A stretch of DNA of 28,698 nucleotides from Colwellia polaris (GTDB lineage Archaea > Nanohalarchaeota > Nanosalinia > Nanosalinales > Nanosalinaceae): contig JBLGBK010000010.1 in NCBI GenBank assembly GCA_047617785.1, positions 1-28,698 on the forward strand, in the 5' to 3' direction. Each line of letters opens with the position of its first letter. The first letter of the stretch is position 1. Below the pieces are notes generated by a model. It worked only from the letters and a program-made list of their open reading frames with translations, made no database searches and was not told the origin of the DNA. Of this stretch, positions 25,815-28,698 are shown one piece after another. Position numbers and translations under genes: made by a program.

Positions 25815-26531
25815 TTAGTCACCTTCAACTCGTGAAGTATATTCGTAGTTGTCTTCTTTCTCTTTACGTGTTGTAACGCCGTCTGTAATATCAACAATAT
25901 ATTCTGCGTACTGTGCATCGTGAGGATCGTGTGTAACCATGATGATAGTCTTTCCTTCATTATTCAACTCGGTGAGGAGATCCATGACTTTGTCACCGGT
26001 ATCGGTGTCTAGGTTTCCTGTTGGCTCGTCTGCCAGAATAATGTCTGGGTCGTTTACAAGTGCGCGTGCTATGGAGACTCTCTGCTGCTGCCCTCCAGAA
26101 AGCTCTGAAGGCATGTGATCAAGTCGGTCGCCTAAGCCCATACGCTCTAGAAGTTCCTTACTTCGTTGCATTCTTTCTTTACGGCTGCTACCTCGGAATA
26201 GCATAGGTAACGCGACGTTTTCCTGTGCCGTCATCGAAGAGATCAGGTTGAATTTTTGGAATACAAATCCTACCTTTTCACTTCTGAGAAGTGCGAGTTC
26301 ATCTCCTGAAAGATCTGAAAGATTGTTTTCATCAAGCTCTACCCTTCCACGAGTCGGAACATCAAGTGCCCCGACCATATTCATCAAAGTACTTTTTCCT
26401 GAGCCTGAAGGCCCCATGATAGCTACGAAATCACCGCTCTTAATCTCTAAATTGCTTCCGCGGAGAGCCTTTACAGTGTTCTCTCCCATCTGGTATTCCT
26501 TCACGACATCTTCAAGCTCTATGAGTGCCAT
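25815..26531 (-). CDS. ABC transporter ATP-binding protein (LolD/MacB/SalX family)
   Basis: [42 protein letters not shown]. Confidence 0.95.
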   Translation of the reverse strand: MALIELEDVVKEYQMGENTVKALRGSNLEIKSGDFVAIMGPSGSGKSTLMNMVGALDVPTRGRVELDENNLSDLSGDELALLRSEKVGFVFQKFNLISSMTAQENVALPMLFRGSSRKERMQRSKELLERMGLGDRLDHMPSELSGGQQQRVSIARALVNDPDIILADEPTGNLDTDTGDKVMDLLTELNNEGKTIIMVTHDPHDAQYAEYIVDITDGVTTRKEKEDNYEYTSRVEGD

Positions 26532-26574
26532 GTGTTCAAGTTAATTGTTTAGGAATCTTATGAAACCTTTGGAA

Positions 26575-26596
26575 AAATTCGGTTTTCATCGAATTT
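26575..26596. promoter_or_regulatory. putative operator of the GbsR-family regulator
   Basis: Inverted repeat AAATTCG-N8-CGAATTT between the divergent ABC operon and regulator, immediately upstream of TATA-like TTTTATAT (26601-26608). Confidence 0.6.
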
Positions 26597-26635
26597 ACCA
26601 TTTTATATTTCTAACCTGTACAATTAACCATAATA

Positions 26636-27154
26636 ATGGTGGAAGAACAAGATCCGAAAGAGATAGTAGTCGAAGCGATGAAAGATGTCGCACAAGTCTA
26701 CGGAATGAGAGAAAGCTACGCCCAGATATATGGAACGTTGTACTTCAAGACTGAAGCCATGATCATGGACGAACTAGTTGAAGAAACAGGACTCGCCAAG
26801 TCCACAATCTCAGACGCGCTAAACGAACTAGAAGAAATGTATCTAGTCCACAGCGAAAAACGAGAAGGACACGGCAAAACAAAATTCTACACGGCAGAAG
26901 AAGACCTGGAAAAAGTTATGAAGAAATTTATGGACAACCAGGCATCAAACGAAATAGAAATTATGCTGGATGCACTAGAAGAAGCAGAACAAAAATCCGA
27001 AGAAGGAACTACAGAACAGGAAAAAATCAAGAACCTGCAAGAATTCTACCAGAAAAGCAGACGATTGATGAAACTATTCAAAAAAATGCCTTCAGGCAAA
27101 ACACTCTCCAACGTAACATCTGCCCTCAAAAACACGTTGACAAGAGAAAACTAA
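26636..27154 (+). CDS. GbsR/MarR family transcriptional regulator (COG1510)
   Basis: YGMRESYAQIYGTLYF...MDELVEETGLAKSTISDALNELEE..LV...KFYTAEEDL; divergent from the ABC operon. Confidence 0.85.
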   Translation: MVEEQDPKEIVVEAMKDVAQVYGMRESYAQIYGTLYFKTEAMIMDELVEETGLAKSTISDALNELEEMYLVHSEKREGHGKTKFYTAEEDLEKVMKKFMDNQASNEIEIMLDALEEAEQKSEEGTTEQEKIKNLQEFYQKSRRLMKLFKKMPSGKTLSNVTSALKNTLTREN

Positions 27155-27201
27155 CCGTTTCATTTAAAGAAATAACCACCGACCACTTAAACATACCACT
27201 T

Positions 27202-27273
<72 letters not shown>

Positions 27274-27362
27274 CTTTCTGCTTTTTTCTACTTTCTAACG
27301 GAATAAGGTTCCGTAATCTGTTTAGTCTAGTTATTTAATTTTTGCTGTTGGAGTTAATTTTA

Positions 27363-27734
27363 ATGGCTGTATGGGAGCTAAAAGTGCGGGAAAAGTACTA
27401 CAACGCTATTATGGATGGAGAGAAAACTGTTGAAGCTCGTGCGCCAGAACTTGACGGAGAATTTAGATACGAAGAAATAGAGAAAGGGGACGTACTCGAA
27501 TTCTGTTACAATGATGACAAAGATCCATCTTCCTGCTTTGAAGCGAAAGATTTGACATATTACGAATCAATTGATGAGTTGCTCGAAGGCGAAGTATGGG
27601 ATGAAATTGTTCCAGAAGCGGAAGAAAAAGATGAAGTTATAGAGGAGTTTAGAGATTTGCCGGAAGATTACAATGAACGTATTGAAGAACATGGCATCTA
27701 CGCTATACATATAGGAAAGAGGCGTCCTTCATAG
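27363..27734 (+). CDS. ASCH domain-containing protein
   Basis: LKVREKYYNAIMDGEKTVEAR...IEKGDVLEF...Y.S..ELL...E.G.YAI; ATG at 27363. Confidence 0.85.
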   Translation: MAVWELKVREKYYNAIMDGEKTVEARAPELDGEFRYEEIEKGDVLEFCYNDDKDPSSCFEAKDLTYYESIDELLEGEVWDEIVPEAEEKDEVIEEFRDLPEDYNERIEEHGIYAIHIGKRRPS

Positions 27735-27814
27735 ATTCTCAAAATCTCTCTATTTTGAGCTAATTCTGTTGGACCGTTGGCCTATAACGTTCTTCAAAGA
27801 GTCCAGTAAATTAT

Positions 27815-28072
27815 CTATTTTACTTCATTAATCGTCCATTCTGCAGTTTCATTATTTTCTATTCGGGCTTCTGCTTGGTATTCTCTGTTAGCCTTCTTGT
27901 CGTTTACGTAGAAACCGTATTTTTTGACTCCTTCGTCAGAGATTTTGACCTCGGTTACTTCGCATTTCCATCTTGAGCCGTTGCTCGTCATATCAAGGCT
28001 TTTTGCAGTTTTCCTGCATACAGAAGTTATATCGCTGTGAAGTTCAGAGTCCATGTCTTTTCTAGCGTTCAT
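27815..28072 (-). CDS. small hypothetical protein
   Basis: 85-aa ORF, helix followed by a beta-meander pattern; TATA-like TTAAAAAA ~25 nt upstream. Confidence 0.55.
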   Translation of the reverse strand: MNARKDMDSELHSDITSVCRKTAKSLDMTSNGSRWKCEVTEVKISDEGVKKYGFYVNDKKANREYQAEARIENNETAEWTINEVK

Positions 28073-28263
28073 GATTGTTACTTGTCAGTGAATTTTTTAA
28101 CACTTTCCTAGACTTCGGCTTTGCACAACCCCACATTTCTGCACAAGAATACGCCTTTAAATCGTCGAATAGAAAAAGAGAAATAATGAAATAGCAAAGA
28201 AGACACGCCATAAACTATAACACTCTCGGATTGTTAATTAGCGCTTGAAAGGAGGTGAATAAT

Positions 28264-28473
28264 TTGAGTATAGGAGAAGCACTGTCCGGTCTTGTCGAAA
28301 ACGTAGTTGCCGGCGTAGTGATGCTGGTATTTGCCATTCTGTCATTCTTCGTAACCGTGTTTGTAATCGGTACCGGAGCAAACTTGGCAGGTTATACACC
28401 GGACGGCAACTTTGCAGTGCTTTCAGCTGCCATTCTGGTGGCTTCGACGATCCTGGCAGGATTGATGAAGTAA
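28264..28473 (+). CDS. small 2-TM archaeal membrane protein
   Basis: Two hydrophobic segments joined by GANLAGY. A perfect SD GGAGGTGA (28251-28258) lies 5 nt before TTG 28264, so the ORF-track GTG at 28255 is part of the SD. Confidence 0.7.
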   Translation: MSIGEALSGLVENVVAGVVMLVFAILSFFVTVFVIGTGANLAGYTPDGNFAVLSAAILVASTILAGLMK

Positions 28474-28521
28474 AATCTGCCAAATAAATCTCTTATTTAT
28501 TTTTACCATCTCAATTAAGAC

Positions 28522-28698
28522 ATGAAGGTTATTCCTGATGAAATAGATGTTAGAAATGCCTGGTTGATAGTCCTACTGGCTGTTTTATCCCTAGTAGGAA
28601 TGGTACTTCTTTCGGAAGTTATCTGGACTATCTTCTTTGCATCAGCTTTCGCCTACCTTATATTCCCAGTCAAAGAGAAAGTACTTAACTACGGTTTC
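28522..28698 (+). CDS. AI-2E/PerM family transporter, N-terminal part (3' end outside window)
   Basis: MKVIPDEIDVRNAWLIVLLAVLSLVGMVLLSEVIWTIFFASAFAYLIFPVKEKVLNYGF; IFFA..AYL..P motif. Confidence 0.7.
   Translation, partial: MKVIPDEIDVRNAWLIVLLAVLSLVGMVLLSEVIWTIFFASAFAYLIFPVKEKVLNYGF

Noticed and set aside
28062-28211. Small Cys-containing minus-strand ORF (MACLLCYFIISL...) and TGCACAA direct repeat
   Set aside because: Under 50 aa, atypical composition, overlaps the promoter and start of the 27815..28072 gene, and has no supporting motif.

Overview
About 28.7 kb of archaeal chromosome, most likely from a halophilic DPANN lineage (Nanohaloarchaeota-like). This is inferred from the very acidic proteins, moderate-to-low GC, dense gene packing, TATA-type promoters, rpl40e, PINA ATPase and a tRNA without encoded CCA. 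Housekeeping genes: CBS+HPF-like protein (partial), TIGR00341/DUF389 membrane protein, PINA, nrdR-nrdJ (class II RNR) with recognisable NrdR boxes, YchF-type GTPase, hisS, rpl40e, a GbsR-family regulator facing a SalX/SalY-type ABC operon with an S-layer-domain protein, tRNA-Thr(GGT), an ASCH protein and a partial AI-2E transporter. An accessory stretch (~8.7-17 kb) carries a LEA_2 protein, a DUF2268-like Zn peptidase, a methyltransferase, an atypical kinase, orphan acidic proteins and decayed membrane-protein genes. The most striking item is a secreted 201-aa ORF (11102..11707, -) that is a patchwork of short motifs from unrelated families: three bacterial HU fragments in reverse order, FG-GAP, TSP3-like and PKD-like pieces, and tandem NPxY. 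No mobile element, integrase or CRISPR array was seen. All family calls are by eye and need HMM confirmation.
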